Positions 1-8,858 of a stretch of DNA of 64,000 bases are shown here, one piece after another (positions within the stretch are counted from its first letter, which is position 1; the number at the start of each line of letters is the position of its first letter). The notes beneath the pieces are model-generated. The model saw only the letters and a list, made by a program, of their open reading frames with translations. It did not search any database and was not told the DNA's origin. Location: positions 6,291 through 70,290 of the forward strand of contig CAYXZZ010000001.1 in the NCBI GenBank assembly GCA_964470055.1, in the 5' to 3' direction. Made by a program: the position numbers and the translations under genes. The stretch is from an uncultured Mycoplasma sp. Lineage in GTDB: Bacteria > Bacillota_I > Bacilli_A > RF39 > UBA660.

Positions 1-1
1 A

Positions 2-361
2 ATGGCTCACTCTTTAGGTGCTTACTTCGATACACCACATGGTGTAGCCAATGCATTACTATTACCACATGTTTTAAAATTCAATGGAAAAGTATGTCCA
101 GAATTATTCAGAAATATGGGAAATGCTTTTGGACTAGATATGACAAACACATCTGATGAAGAAGCAGTAGATAAAGTAGTCGAAGCAGTAAGAGAGCTTT
201 CAATTAAATTAGGAATTCCACAAACATTAAGAGAAATTGGTGTTCCTGAGGAAATGCTTCCAACTCTTGCTAAACAAGCCATTAATGATGCCTGTACACC
301 AGGAAATCCTAGAAGTGTTACAGTAGAAGATATTATCGATATTTATAAATTAGCATTTTAA
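2..361 (+). CDS. Iron-containing alcohol dehydrogenase, C-terminal part (gene starts upstream of window)
   Basis: Translated ORF shows the Fe-ADH C-terminal motif 'HGVANALLLPHVLKFN' (HGxANAxxLP). The protein runs to a stop at 361 with no start inside the window. Confidence 0.8.
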   Translation: MAHSLGAYFDTPHGVANALLLPHVLKFNGKVCPELFRNMGNAFGLDMTNTSDEEAVDKVVEAVRELSIKLGIPQTLREIGVPEEMLPTLAKQAINDACTPGNPRSVTVEDIIDIYKLAF

Positions 362-384
362 AAAAGAAAAGAGGTCGATGTACC

Positions 385-1572
385 ATGTTGAAGTCAGCGA
401 TTGGCTATAGTACCAACCAAGATAGTTATACTTCTGGAAAAGAAACTGCTAGAAAAGCAATGAATGATTTAACTAATTCTAAATTAGGATTCCTGTATAC
501 TTCGGTTAAAAATGATATTAAAGAAGTAATTAAAGGAGTAAGAAAGGTAACAAATACTCCAATCATTGGTTGTACTAGTAGTGAGGCAATTATGGTACCC
601 GATGGCATCATAACTTCAGAAAATGGTTTTTCTGGAATGCTGATGTTAGATGATGATAATTTGAAAGTAGGAATTGCTTGCCATGAGGCAGGTCGTGATG
701 CTCGTTCTATTGGTAGAAAAGTTGCTATCGAAGCAGTTCAAAATGCTAAATCAACTAGAGCACCGGCTTACTTTTATATGGTCGCAAGCCCACGACAAGA
801 AGAAGATTATTTAATGGGAATTCAAGATGTAATTGGCCGTGTACCAATGTTTGGCGGTAGTGCAGCCGATGATACAGTTGAAGGAAAATGGAAAATTATT
901 TGCAATGACAAAGTTTTTACAGATGGTGTAGCAGTTGCCTTTTTCTACACGGATAGTGAAATAGCAACTTCTTTCACCGGAAGTTATCGTGAAACGAATA
1001 ACTTAGGTATCATCACAGAGGTTAAAGATAATCGAACTTTAGTCTCAATAGATGGAGTCTCAGCATTAAAAAAATATGCCAGTTGGATTGGAACATCCAC
1101 TCAAAATCTCCATGGAAAAAATCTTCTAACAGCATCAATTACTAAGCCATTAGGAGTAAAAGATCCATTAGGTAATCTAACAATAGTACGTCATCCAATG
1201 TTTGGTAACGATATGGGAACTAAGACGGTAACCGATGATACTATTACGTTAGGAAATAAAGTAGTTGAAAAAACGGCTATAATTCAATTAGAAACTACAG
1301 TCTATGAATTAATTAACTCAACAGGAAATACACTAAAAGATCTCAATAAACAAATATATTCTGAGCCTGCAGCCTATCTACTTATTCATTGTGGTGGCAG
1401 AAAATTAGGTATTGGAAATAGAATAGAAGAAGTTCATAAACAAATACTAAAAGAAACAAAAGGAGTACCATTTATAACTGTATTCACATTCGGAGAATAT
1501 GGATATGATGAACACTCTGCCAATATTTGTGGTGGATTAATGTTATCCTTTACCGCTTTTGGTAAAAATTAA
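385..1572 (+). CDS. FIST-domain-like cytoplasmic signalling protein (tentative)
   Basis: 395 aa with no TM or signal peptide. 'GCTSSEAI', 'PMFGGSAADD' and the C-terminal 'VFTFGEYGY' resemble the FIST N/C domain pattern. The AGAGG RBS is 8 nt upstream. Assignment is from memory of the family only. Confidence 0.4.
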   Translation: MLKSAIGYSTNQDSYTSGKETARKAMNDLTNSKLGFLYTSVKNDIKEVIKGVRKVTNTPIIGCTSSEAIMVPDGIITSENGFSGMLMLDDDNLKVGIACHEAGRDARSIGRKVAIEAVQNAKSTRAPAYFYMVASPRQEEDYLMGIQDVIGRVPMFGGSAADDTVEGKWKIICNDKVFTDGVAVAFFYTDSEIATSFTGSYRETNNLGIITEVKDNRTLVSIDGVSALKKYASWIGTSTQNLHGKNLLTASITKPLGVKDPLGNLTIVRHPMFGNDMGTKTVTDDTITLGNKVVEKTAIIQLETTVYELINSTGNTLKDLNKQIYSEPAAYLLIHCGGRKLGIGNRIEEVHKQILKETKGVPFITVFTFGEYGYDEHSANICGGLMLSFTAFGKN

Positions 1573-1579
1573 AAAATTC

Positions 1580-1604
1580 AAAGGAGCAAGTCTCCTTTTT
1601 TCTT
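1580..1604 (+). terminator. Rho-independent terminator after 385..1572
   Basis: Stem 'aggag'/'ctcct' with loop 'caagt', followed by a T-run (tttttc). Confidence 0.55.
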
Positions 1605-1652
1605 TGTATACAAAAATATCCAATAAATGATATAATTACTAAAGGTGGTAAG

Positions 1653-3074
1653 ATGAAGAAAATAGGATATTATGTACTAAATATAATTGGTTTTTCTATA
1701 TTCTTTGCTTCATTCTGGGCATTAGACACATATGGAAACTTTAGTGGAGATGAACTTTTCTTTCACTTATTAGTTCCATTAGGAGGAATCAGTCTTCAAA
1801 GTTTCTCCAATCTCGCAACGCAAGTCTTTCTTCCAGGAATAATAATTGGAAGTCTAGCCTCATTTTTAATAATAAAATTCATTTCAAAAAAACGATTATT
1901 AACAAATGTATTACTATTTATAATACTCTTATTACTAGGCTTAAATAATATTCATATGTTTTCCTACATAAGTGATCAAATAAATTCCTCTACATTTATA
2001 GAAGAAAACTATGTAGAAACTAACAAAGTTGAAATAACTTTCCCAACTAAAAAACAAAATTTGATTTATATCTTCCTAGAATCAATGGAAAATACCTATT
2101 CAAATAAGAAAAATGGTGGCCAACAAAAAGAAAATCTCATTCCAAATCTAACAAAAATCGCTAAAGAAAATATTAGTTTTTCCAACACTGAAAAATTAGG
2201 TGGAGCCCTAACCTTAAACGGAACTGCTTGGACATCAGCCGCCATGGTAGGGCAAACAAGTGGTCTTCCTCTAAAAATCAACACAAGCAGTAATGGAATA
2301 ATCGATTTATACAACTTTTTTCCTACTACAACAACTTTAGGAGATATTCTTGAAGAAAATGGTTACCACAACTATCTATTATTAGGGTCTGATTCCAACT
2401 ATGGTTGTCGTAAACATTATTTTTCTAAACACGGTAATTATACAATATATGATCTCAATACAGCCATCGAAGAAAATGCTATGAAAAAAGAAGACATCGT
2501 TTGGTGGGGATTTGATGATGAGGATTTGTATTCCAAAGCAAAAAAGCAATTAACAGAAATATCCGCAAAAGACGAACCATTTAATTTTACAATGTTGACA
2601 GTTGATACGCATTTTGAAGATGGCTATTTAGACGAAACTTGTGAAAATAAATATGATGATAAGTATTCAAATGTAATAAATTGTGCCGATACAAAAATTG
2701 CTGAATTCCTTTCATGGCTAGAAGAACAAGATTTTTATGACACTACAACAATAATTATAGTTGGAGATCATCTAAGCATGGATACAGATTATTTTGATAA
2801 ATCCGAAAATTATACCAGAACAACATACAACGTAATAATCAATTCACTTGTTACAACAGCAAATACAACAAATAGACAATTTACATCATTGGATCTTTTT
2901 CCAACGACATTAGTCGCCTTAGGAGCAGAAATAGAAAATGATCGCTTAGCCCTAGGAACCAATCTTTTCTCAGACAAAGAAACTTTAGTTGAGGAAAATG
3001 GGTATGAATACGTTTTCACTGAACTAAATAAACGCTCAACCTTTTACAATAATAACGTTTTAGCATACAAATAA
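1653..3074 (+). CDS. LTA-synthase/sulfatase-family membrane-anchored protein
   Basis: Two or three N-terminal TM helices, then an extracellular domain with sulfatase/LtaS-like blocks ('IYIFLESMENTY', 'TVDTHFEDGY', 'IIIVGDHL'). Confidence 0.55.
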   Translation: MKKIGYYVLNIIGFSIFFASFWALDTYGNFSGDELFFHLLVPLGGISLQSFSNLATQVFLPGIIIGSLASFLIIKFISKKRLLTNVLLFIILLLLGLNNIHMFSYISDQINSSTFIEENYVETNKVEITFPTKKQNLIYIFLESMENTYSNKKNGGQQKENLIPNLTKIAKENISFSNTEKLGGALTLNGTAWTSAAMVGQTSGLPLKINTSSNGIIDLYNFFPTTTTLGDILEENGYHNYLLLGSDSNYGCRKHYFSKHGNYTIYDLNTAIEENAMKKEDIVWWGFDDEDLYSKAKKQLTEISAKDEPFNFTMLTVDTHFEDGYLDETCENKYDDKYSNVINCADTKIAEFLSWLEEQDFYDTTTIIIVGDHLSMDTDYFDKSENYTRTTYNVIINSLVTTANTTNRQFTSLDLFPTTLVALGAEIENDRLALGTNLFSDKETLVEENGYEYVFTELNKRSTFYNNNVLAYK

Positions 3075-3095
3075 AACTAACATAAAGGAGGACCT

Positions 3096-3836
3096 ATGGA
3101 ATACATAGTTGATTTTAAACCATACATAAAAGAAAATATTGACATATCTTATTATTCTACAATCGAAGAAAAAATCTCTTCTAATAAAAGCATAACTCAA
3201 GCTGAAGCAGAGAACTTTCTACAAACCATAAGTTATATTATTAGAAAAACTATTAATCCAAATATGGATAATTTTGATTATAAATGTGACTTGGCTCAAA
3301 GTATTTTAGGAAATTATTTAGAAAAAATAAATTGTAAGTATGCACCTTGTGCTACCCAAAACGTAATTACAGCCGGAGTAGAAGGACACAGTTTTACAAC
3401 CGTTATGTTAAATGTTGAAGGCGAAGAAAAAACATACTTAGTAGATCCAACCTACATTCAGTTTTTTCATAAAGATAAATGTCAACTATCCAATTATTTT
3501 ATTTCACCACTATATCCCGATAGGATATTATTAACACCAAATCCAGGTTTCTTTATTCGCCGAGAAGATCAAGAAGCATCAGAATTTCTACTTAAATATG
3601 GTTATATTGAATTAACAGAAGAATATGCACGGATGTATGGAGATAGTTTTTTGAATACTAAAACAGGTGAAAATCCAAACAATTTAGAATTCAAAACAAT
3701 TCCAGGTAGTGTTTATCAAAATGCTTTTACCAAAGGAAGAGAATCTCTATCAAAAACAGATAGTGAATTAACATTAGAAGAAAAAAATATTACACCATTC
3801 CAAGAACTTTCCAAAACATCTCAAAAAGTAATATAA
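3096..3836 (+). CDS. Transglutaminase-like (papain-fold) cysteine peptidase domain protein
   Basis: A Cys...His...Asp-Pro-Thr arrangement: 'KCDLAQS', 'GHSFTTV', 'YLVDPTY' (the fDPT motif typical of transglutaminase-like cores). No signal peptide. Confidence 0.45.
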   Translation: MEYIVDFKPYIKENIDISYYSTIEEKISSNKSITQAEAENFLQTISYIIRKTINPNMDNFDYKCDLAQSILGNYLEKINCKYAPCATQNVITAGVEGHSFTTVMLNVEGEEKTYLVDPTYIQFFHKDKCQLSNYFISPLYPDRILLTPNPGFFIRREDQEASEFLLKYGYIELTEEYARMYGDSFLNTKTGENPNNLEFKTIPGSVYQNAFTKGRESLSKTDSELTLEEKNITPFQELSKTSQKVI

Positions 3837-3879
3837 GCAATCTACTTTACACTGATTTGACAAATGAGCCAACATATGT

Positions 3880-4175
3880 TATAATTAAGGAGCATTGATG
3901 AGGAAAAGTACCTTTAATGCTTATAACAGTGAGTTGGGTATAGTGTGAACCAATTATAAGTGTATTGAGAAAGAACACCTCGGAGCAAACTACCGAAAAG
4001 AGAAATCTTAGTAGACTAGTTCGGAAAGCAATCCGTTATCACATTGCTATGCTTGTTAGAGCAGAAAAAGAGATTACTGAATTAAAAGTTAGTATAACTT
4101 TAGTAATAAATTAAGGTGGCACCGCGGATACCCGTATTCGTCCTTATTTGTAGGATGATACGGGTATTTTTATTT
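3880..4175 (+). promoter_or_regulatory. T-box riboswitch leader with terminator hairpin
   Basis: The conserved T-box sequence 'AATTAAGGTGGCACCGCGG' lies at 4109-4127, immediately 5' of a terminator hairpin (atacccgtat 4128-4137 / atacgggtat 4158-4167, then TTTTT). There is a GA-rich K-turn-like start ('ttgatgagg'). A candidate specifier 'GAAAG-AAC-A' at 3969-3977 would be Asn (AAC), and the UGGC discriminator pairing is compatible with G73. Confidence 0.7.
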
Positions 4176-4197
4176 ACAAAAATAAGGAGGTGACACA

Positions 4198-5049
4198 ATG
4201 AGTAAATTCTTTAAAGAAGAACCAGTAACAACTTTTCCACTAAGTGAATACTTAATCAAAGATAAAGATGAATTTAAAGGATGTATTTTTGATGAAGAAT
4301 CAAGACAACGTAGAACAAAATACATAATGAGCATTTTAGGAGATATTTCATTAGAAAAAGACACATACGAATTATTTATGCGTCAGTTTCAAAGTTTTGG
4401 TGGCAAGTATGATGTTAGAACCAAAAAAGAAACAATCAAAGGTATGTATGATATTTCCAAAAGATATCCCAAGTTAACCTCTTCCGCACTTGAAGAGATT
4501 TGGTTCACTTATATTAAAGACTTATTTGAAGAGTATGCTTTAACTGACATGTTAGAAAAATATCTTGATATTCATGGACAGACAGATGATGCGATTAAAG
4601 CCTACTTAGATTTTGTTGAAACAAAAGCAGTTGAGTTTGAAAAAACATTTAAAGAAGCATCAAAAGAATTAGAGTGCTACAAAGAAGAATATGGAGAAAG
4701 AGTTGTTTCTCATTTACAACATATAATGCAAAGACAGCATATATCTTTAGAACAAATAATAGCCTCTCTTCCAAGTAGTGAATTAATAAAAAAAGATCAA
4801 GAACAACTAAGCGAACTTTCTAAAAAAACCAGAATTTATATGGGCGTTTGTCTTCCACTAAGTCAACAAATGATAGAAAGTTTAGCAACAGGAGAATCAC
4901 TAGATTACTATCCAGAACAACCATCTTATGTAATTAATGGTACATCAAAAGTTGACGCAACATTTACCAAACAACAATTTTTAGATAGTGTCCAAAAGCA
5001 ACAAAAAACTACTGAAGATGCAAGTCCAAAACAATTAAAAAAAATATAA
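4198..5049 (+). CDS. Hypothetical cytoplasmic protein, the first gene after the T-box leader
   Basis: A perfect SD (AAGGAGGTGA) sits 7 nt upstream of the ATG. 283 aa, predicted all-helical, no recognisable motif, no TM. Confidence 0.6.
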   Translation: MSKFFKEEPVTTFPLSEYLIKDKDEFKGCIFDEESRQRRTKYIMSILGDISLEKDTYELFMRQFQSFGGKYDVRTKKETIKGMYDISKRYPKLTSSALEEIWFTYIKDLFEEYALTDMLEKYLDIHGQTDDAIKAYLDFVETKAVEFEKTFKEASKELECYKEEYGERVVSHLQHIMQRQHISLEQIIASLPSSELIKKDQEQLSELSKKTRIYMGVCLPLSQQMIESLATGESLDYYPEQPSYVINGTSKVDATFTKQQFLDSVQKQQKTTEDASPKQLKKI

Positions 5050-5062
5050 GGAAGTGATAATT

Positions 5063-5098
5063 ATGTCAGACGACAATAATAACAATAACGCTTCATAA
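5063..5098 (+). CDS. Putative leader peptide MSDDNNNNNAS (five consecutive Asn codons) upstream of asnA
   Basis: The ATG is preceded by GGAAGTGA. Codons AAT AAT AAC AAT AAC are followed by mutually exclusive inverted repeats (5093-5106 / 5124-5136 / 5140-5156). The ORF is only 11 codons and sits in AT-rich low-complexity sequence. Confidence 0.3.
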   Translation: MSDDNNNNNAS

Positions 5099-5224
5099 AA
5101 TAGATATTAAATTTCATTTTAAGTCTATTTTATGAATGCAAATAAAATAGATATCCCTACAAATATCTTAGTTTATTTAAAAGTAAAAACATAATCAATT
5201 AAATTAAGAAAGAAGGAATTTAAA

Positions 5225-6193
5225 ATGAAAAAAAAATTAACATATTTTGAAACAATCACAATGATTGCAGAAACAAAAAAATATTTTGAAAGTCAATTAG
5301 AAACAAGACTAAGTTTAACAAAAGTACCTAGCCCATTATTTGTAAAAACATCATCAGGATTACAAGATGGACTAACAGGAGTAGAAAAAGCCGTAGGTTT
5401 TACCAAAGGAAAAGAACGATTTGAAATAGTTCACTCTCTTGCCAAATGGAAAAGAGAAGCCTTAGGAAAATATAGTTTTCCAACTCATACAGGATTATAT
5501 ACAGATATGAAAGCAATTAGAAAACAAGAAACAGTCGATGAAGTTCATTCTTTATTTGTAGAACAATGGGATTGGGAAAAAGTCATTACTAAAGATGATC
5601 GTACAATTGATTATTTAAAAGACACAGTCAAATCAATTTATAAGGCTATTAGACAAACATCAGTTTATTTAAAAACAAAATATCGTTTTTTAACTTTAGA
5701 GTTGCCAAAAACAATCACCTTTATTACTTCTCAAGAACTAGAAGATATGTATCCAGATAAAACTCCCAAAGAAAGAGAAGACATATACACTAAAGAGAAA
5801 AAAGCCGTATTTATTATCGGTATTGGTGATAAGTTAAAATCAGGAATTGAGCACGACTTAAGAAGTCCAGACTATGATGATTGGTCATTAGATGGAGACT
5901 TGCTTGTCTATGACAAAATAATTGATAAAGCAATCGAACTTTCCTCAATGGGAATTAGAGTAGATGAACGATCATTAATTAAACAACTAGAAAAATCTAC
6001 CGCATTAGATAGATTAGAACTTCCATATCATCAAAAAATCATCAAAAAAGAACTTCCATATACAATTGGTGGTGGAATAGGACAATCAAGAATTCTAATG
6101 CTTCTTCTTGAAAAAAACCATATTGCCGAAGTTCAAGCATCTAGTTGGGAAGAAAAAACTTTAAAAGAACTAAAAGACTTAAAACTATTATAA
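5225..6193 (+). CDS. asnA: Aspartate--ammonia ligase (asparagine synthetase A)
   Basis: Strong similarity to E. coli AsnA blocks: 'VHSLAKWKREALG', 'EQWDWEKV', 'RSPDYDDWS', 'SSMGIRVD', 'TIGGGIGQSR'. 322 aa. Confidence 0.9.
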   Translation: MKKKLTYFETITMIAETKKYFESQLETRLSLTKVPSPLFVKTSSGLQDGLTGVEKAVGFTKGKERFEIVHSLAKWKREALGKYSFPTHTGLYTDMKAIRKQETVDEVHSLFVEQWDWEKVITKDDRTIDYLKDTVKSIYKAIRQTSVYLKTKYRFLTLELPKTITFITSQELEDMYPDKTPKEREDIYTKEKKAVFIIGIGDKLKSGIEHDLRSPDYDDWSLDGDLLVYDKIIDKAIELSSMGIRVDERSLIKQLEKSTALDRLELPYHQKIIKKELPYTIGGGIGQSRILMLLLEKNHIAEVQASSWEEKTLKELKDLKLL

Positions 6194-6222
6194 TTTTTAT
6201 AAACACAAAACTCACACACAAT

Positions 6223-6250
6223 AAGGGATCAAATAGATCTCTTTTCTTTT
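6223..6250 (+). terminator. Rho-independent terminator after asnA
   Basis: Stem 'aagggatc'/'gatctctt' (one G-U pair) with loop 'aaata', followed by TTCTTTT. Confidence 0.5.
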
Positions 6251-6443
6251 GCATTAAATAATATCTATTAAACCTAAATAAAAACACAATTATACGAACT
6301 AAAAAGGCAAATCAGCCATAGCCGCAAAAATTAAATAACCCAATAAAAACAGCAGTAAAAATATCAAAGAAATAAAATACAGTAAAAAGAAATCTTTTCT
6401 TCCTAACAATTTATGATATAATTAAAAAAAATAGAGGTGACAT

Positions 6444-7547
6444 ATGGTAACAGAAATAACTAGTAAACAAGAATTATTATCATTAGCAGAACAAGTAGAA
6501 AAAGAAGTAACAAATTTAAAAACGGCCATCGATAGTATGAAAGCAACTCTAAGTGGCATTCCAAATTACGACGGAATAGATGCATCTAGTGCTGCCAATA
6601 TTCTAAGCAGTAACTTAACAAGTATTGCTACCGATGCTGAAACAGCCGCTAAAAATATTAAAAGTTACGCAACAGAAATTAATAATTTTGATGTAGACGA
6701 CTTAACAGCCGAAGCAGAAAATGAAACAGAAACAACACTACCAGAAACAGAGACTACAGTATCTCCTAGTGTAACAACCGGAACAACTCCCCAAACAGAA
6801 ATAACAACACAATCTACAACAACATCAACTACAACAAGTGGTAACTATTATTCTCCAAGTACTTCAACAAGCACTAATACAAATACAAGCACCAACACTA
6901 ACACAAATACAAGTGCTAGTACAATAATAGGTACCGGTGCAAGTGGTATTATCTCTGGAGTTACAAACAATTCATCAAACAATAACACATCAAACAACAC
7001 GTCAAATAACTCATCAGTATCAACTGGAACAGTTCAAACAACTGGACAAACTTCATCAAACGGAAGAACTCAACGCTCAGCATTAACTGATATAGTTATC
7101 ACAGAAGGAGATCCAGATATTGACATAAGTAGATACAGCAACAATCTTGCCAATGGTTTTGAAGTAACTACCGGTAACTTAGCATACGAATTATGCGACG
7201 AAGATGTTGATTTGTTATGTGCAATCGTATCAGCAGAAAGTGATAAGTCTTATGATGATGCCTTAGCAGTAATTACAACTATTCTTAATAGATGTGAGAC
7301 ATCTAACTGGATAACTGCCCACGGTCGCGATCCTATTGCTCAAGCAACAGCAGCCAACCAATTTGTTGTTTATCAACATGGTAGTTATGAAGGATACTTA
7401 AACGGTAACGCCCCAGAAACAGTTGTTCAAGCAGTAAAAGATGCCCTAGCCGGAGTTAGAAACCATAACTATTGCAGTTTTAGGTCAAATGGTTCAACAT
7501 CATACAGTAGTAACATGATTACAGCAACAGGTAATAGATATAAATAA
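6444..7547 (+). CDS. Secreted-effector-like protein: helical N-terminal domain, Thr/Ser-rich linker and C-terminal SleB-type cell-wall hydrolase (Hydrolase_2) domain
   Basis: No Sec signal peptide. A helical N-terminal ~90 aa is followed by ~120 aa of T/S/N low complexity. The C-terminus 'LLCAIVSAESDKSYDDALAVITTILNR...QFVVYQHGSY' matches the SleB/CwlJ cell-wall-hydrolase family pattern. Confidence 0.55.
   Translation: MVTEITSKQELLSLAEQVEKEVTNLKTAIDSMKATLSGIPNYDGIDASSAANILSSNLTSIATDAETAAKNIKSYATEINNFDVDDLTAEAENETETTLPETETTVSPSVTTGTTPQTEITTQSTTTSTTTSGNYYSPSTSTSTNTNTSTNTNTNTSASTIIGTGASGIISGVTNNSSNNNTSNNTSNNSSVSTGTVQTTGQTSSNGRTQRSALTDIVITEGDPDIDISRYSNNLANGFEVTTGNLAYELCDEDVDLLCAIVSAESDKSYDDALAVITTILNRCETSNWITAHGRDPIAQATAANQFVVYQHGSYEGYLNGNAPETVVQAVKDALAGVRNHNYCSFRSNGSTSYSSNMITATGNRYK
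6720..7090 (+). repeat. Low-complexity Thr/Ser/Asn-rich linker with short tandem DNA repeats inside the 6444..7547 CDS
   Basis: TNTNTS-type repeats at protein level and 'acaaatacaagcaccaacactaacacaaatacaagt' at DNA level. This region is prone to length variation. Confidence 0.5.
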
Positions 7548-7631
7548 TGTAAAATTATGTAATATTTCACAAAAAAAACAAACTAGATATTTTTTAATGA
7601 TATAATGAAGAAAATAAAGGAGGAATAAAAA

Positions 7632-7943
7632 ATGAGTATAACAAGTCATGACACAACTCAAATGAGAGATTGGTCAACTACTATGGACAACAATGCCAAC
7701 GACTATGATTCATTAATCAATAGACTATATGTTTTAATTGATTCATTTGTTGGTTCAGAACAATTCAAAGGAGGTTTATCTACAGACTTTGGTGAAAAAG
7801 TATTAAGTCAAAGATCAACTTTTATGAGATATTCAGATACATTTAGAGAGTGTTCCGAATTAATTTCTAGAAGAGCAGCTTCTATTGATAGTGATGAAGA
7901 GGAATTAAAAGCAAGAATCGGAAGACAAAATCCATTAGATTAA
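7632..7943 (+). CDS. Small helical protein (~100 aa), WXG100/T7SS-accessory-like
   Basis: 103 aa, no signal peptide. It is the first gene of a tightly packed five-gene operon, with a 'tgatataat' -10 element and an AAGGAGG SD upstream. Its size and helical character fit T7SS small-partner families. Confidence 0.35.
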   Translation: MSITSHDTTQMRDWSTTMDNNANDYDSLINRLYVLIDSFVGSEQFKGGLSTDFGEKVLSQRSTFMRYSDTFRECSELISRRAASIDSDEEELKARIGRQNPLD

Positions 7944-7962
7944 TTGAAAGGAAGGTTAGATT

Positions 7963-8244
7963 ATGGCAAACGGAATATCAGTAATGAACACCGCTGAAGC
8001 AAGAGCAAAAGCGAGTGAAATGAAAACAATAGCACATGACCTAGAGTCATTATTAAATGATGTATCAAAAAAAATAGAAGAAATTGATAATGTTGATACA
8101 GGTATATATCAAGGTAATAATAAACCTGCTGAACTAAGAGCAGAATTAGATTCATTTAGACAAATATTTAATTTAGCATATGATCAAATAATTAAATCAG
8201 CAGATGATATTACTCTAATTGCAAATACAATGGACCAAGAATAA
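7963..8244 (+). CDS. WXG100 (ESAT-6/EsxA)-like protein
   Basis: 93 aa. The N-terminus 'ISVMNTAEARAKASEM' resembles the EsxA start ('IKMSPEEIRAKSQ'). A central 'YQGNNKPAEL' lies at the WXG position. Confidence 0.5.
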   Translation: MANGISVMNTAEARAKASEMKTIAHDLESLLNDVSKKIEEIDNVDTGIYQGNNKPAELRAELDSFRQIFNLAYDQIIKSADDITLIANTMDQE

Positions 8245-8261
8245 TTATAAGAATATAGGAG

Positions 8262-8561
8262 ATGATTTTTATGACAGATGCCTACAAACATGATCCAGAT
8301 GGAATATCATCAGTAGTAACATCTTTAACAGGATTGTTAAGCGATTACAATGCAAAAATATCAGAACTAAAAAGTTTAGTAGAAAAGATAAATGATTCTT
8401 CCTCATGGAGAGATTTAGACGTAAAAACATCTTTTATTACTACTTGTAATTCTTATCTACAAATTTATAATAACTTAGCAGATAGTATGGAAAAGTATAT
8501 TAATTATCTAAATGGTAAGTCAGCCAGTGCAGATGAACTAGAAAATGCTTTTATGAGGTGA
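8262..8561 (+). CDS. Small helical WXG100-superfamily-like protein
   Basis: 99 aa, no signal peptide, central 'SSWRDLD', in an operon with WXG100 proteins. Confidence 0.35.
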   Translation: MIFMTDAYKHDPDGISSVVTSLTGLLSDYNAKISELKSLVEKINDSSSWRDLDVKTSFITTCNSYLQIYNNLADSMEKYINYLNGKSASADELENAFMR

Positions 8562-8565
8562 TAAA

Positions 8566-8844
8566 ATGGAAAATTCAAATTCACAAACATCAGTATATGT
8601 TGAAACAGATGCGCTAGCCGGTTGGAGTAGCGAAATGACTACTATTAATGAGTCTGCAATTTCTGTTTTAGAGTCATTTGAGACAAAACTTCAAGAATTA
8701 GATAATTATTGGATGGGAAATTCCGCAACAGGCTTTAAAAATGCTACAACTGAACTAATGACGACTGCTAAAAATTGTCATACTAGTATGAAGAATGTTT
8801 CATCATTCTTAAATGAAGTTATAATTACAATGGAAAATGAATAA
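8566..8844 (+). CDS. WXG100 family protein
   Basis: 92 aa with a canonical central W-x-G motif 'YWMGNSATGF' (compare EsxA 'WEGQAF'). Confidence 0.6.
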   Translation: MENSNSQTSVYVETDALAGWSSEMTTINESAISVLESFETKLQELDNYWMGNSATGFKNATTELMTTAKNCHTSMKNVSSFLNEVIITMENE

Positions 8845-8858
8845 CAAGGAGAATCAAT

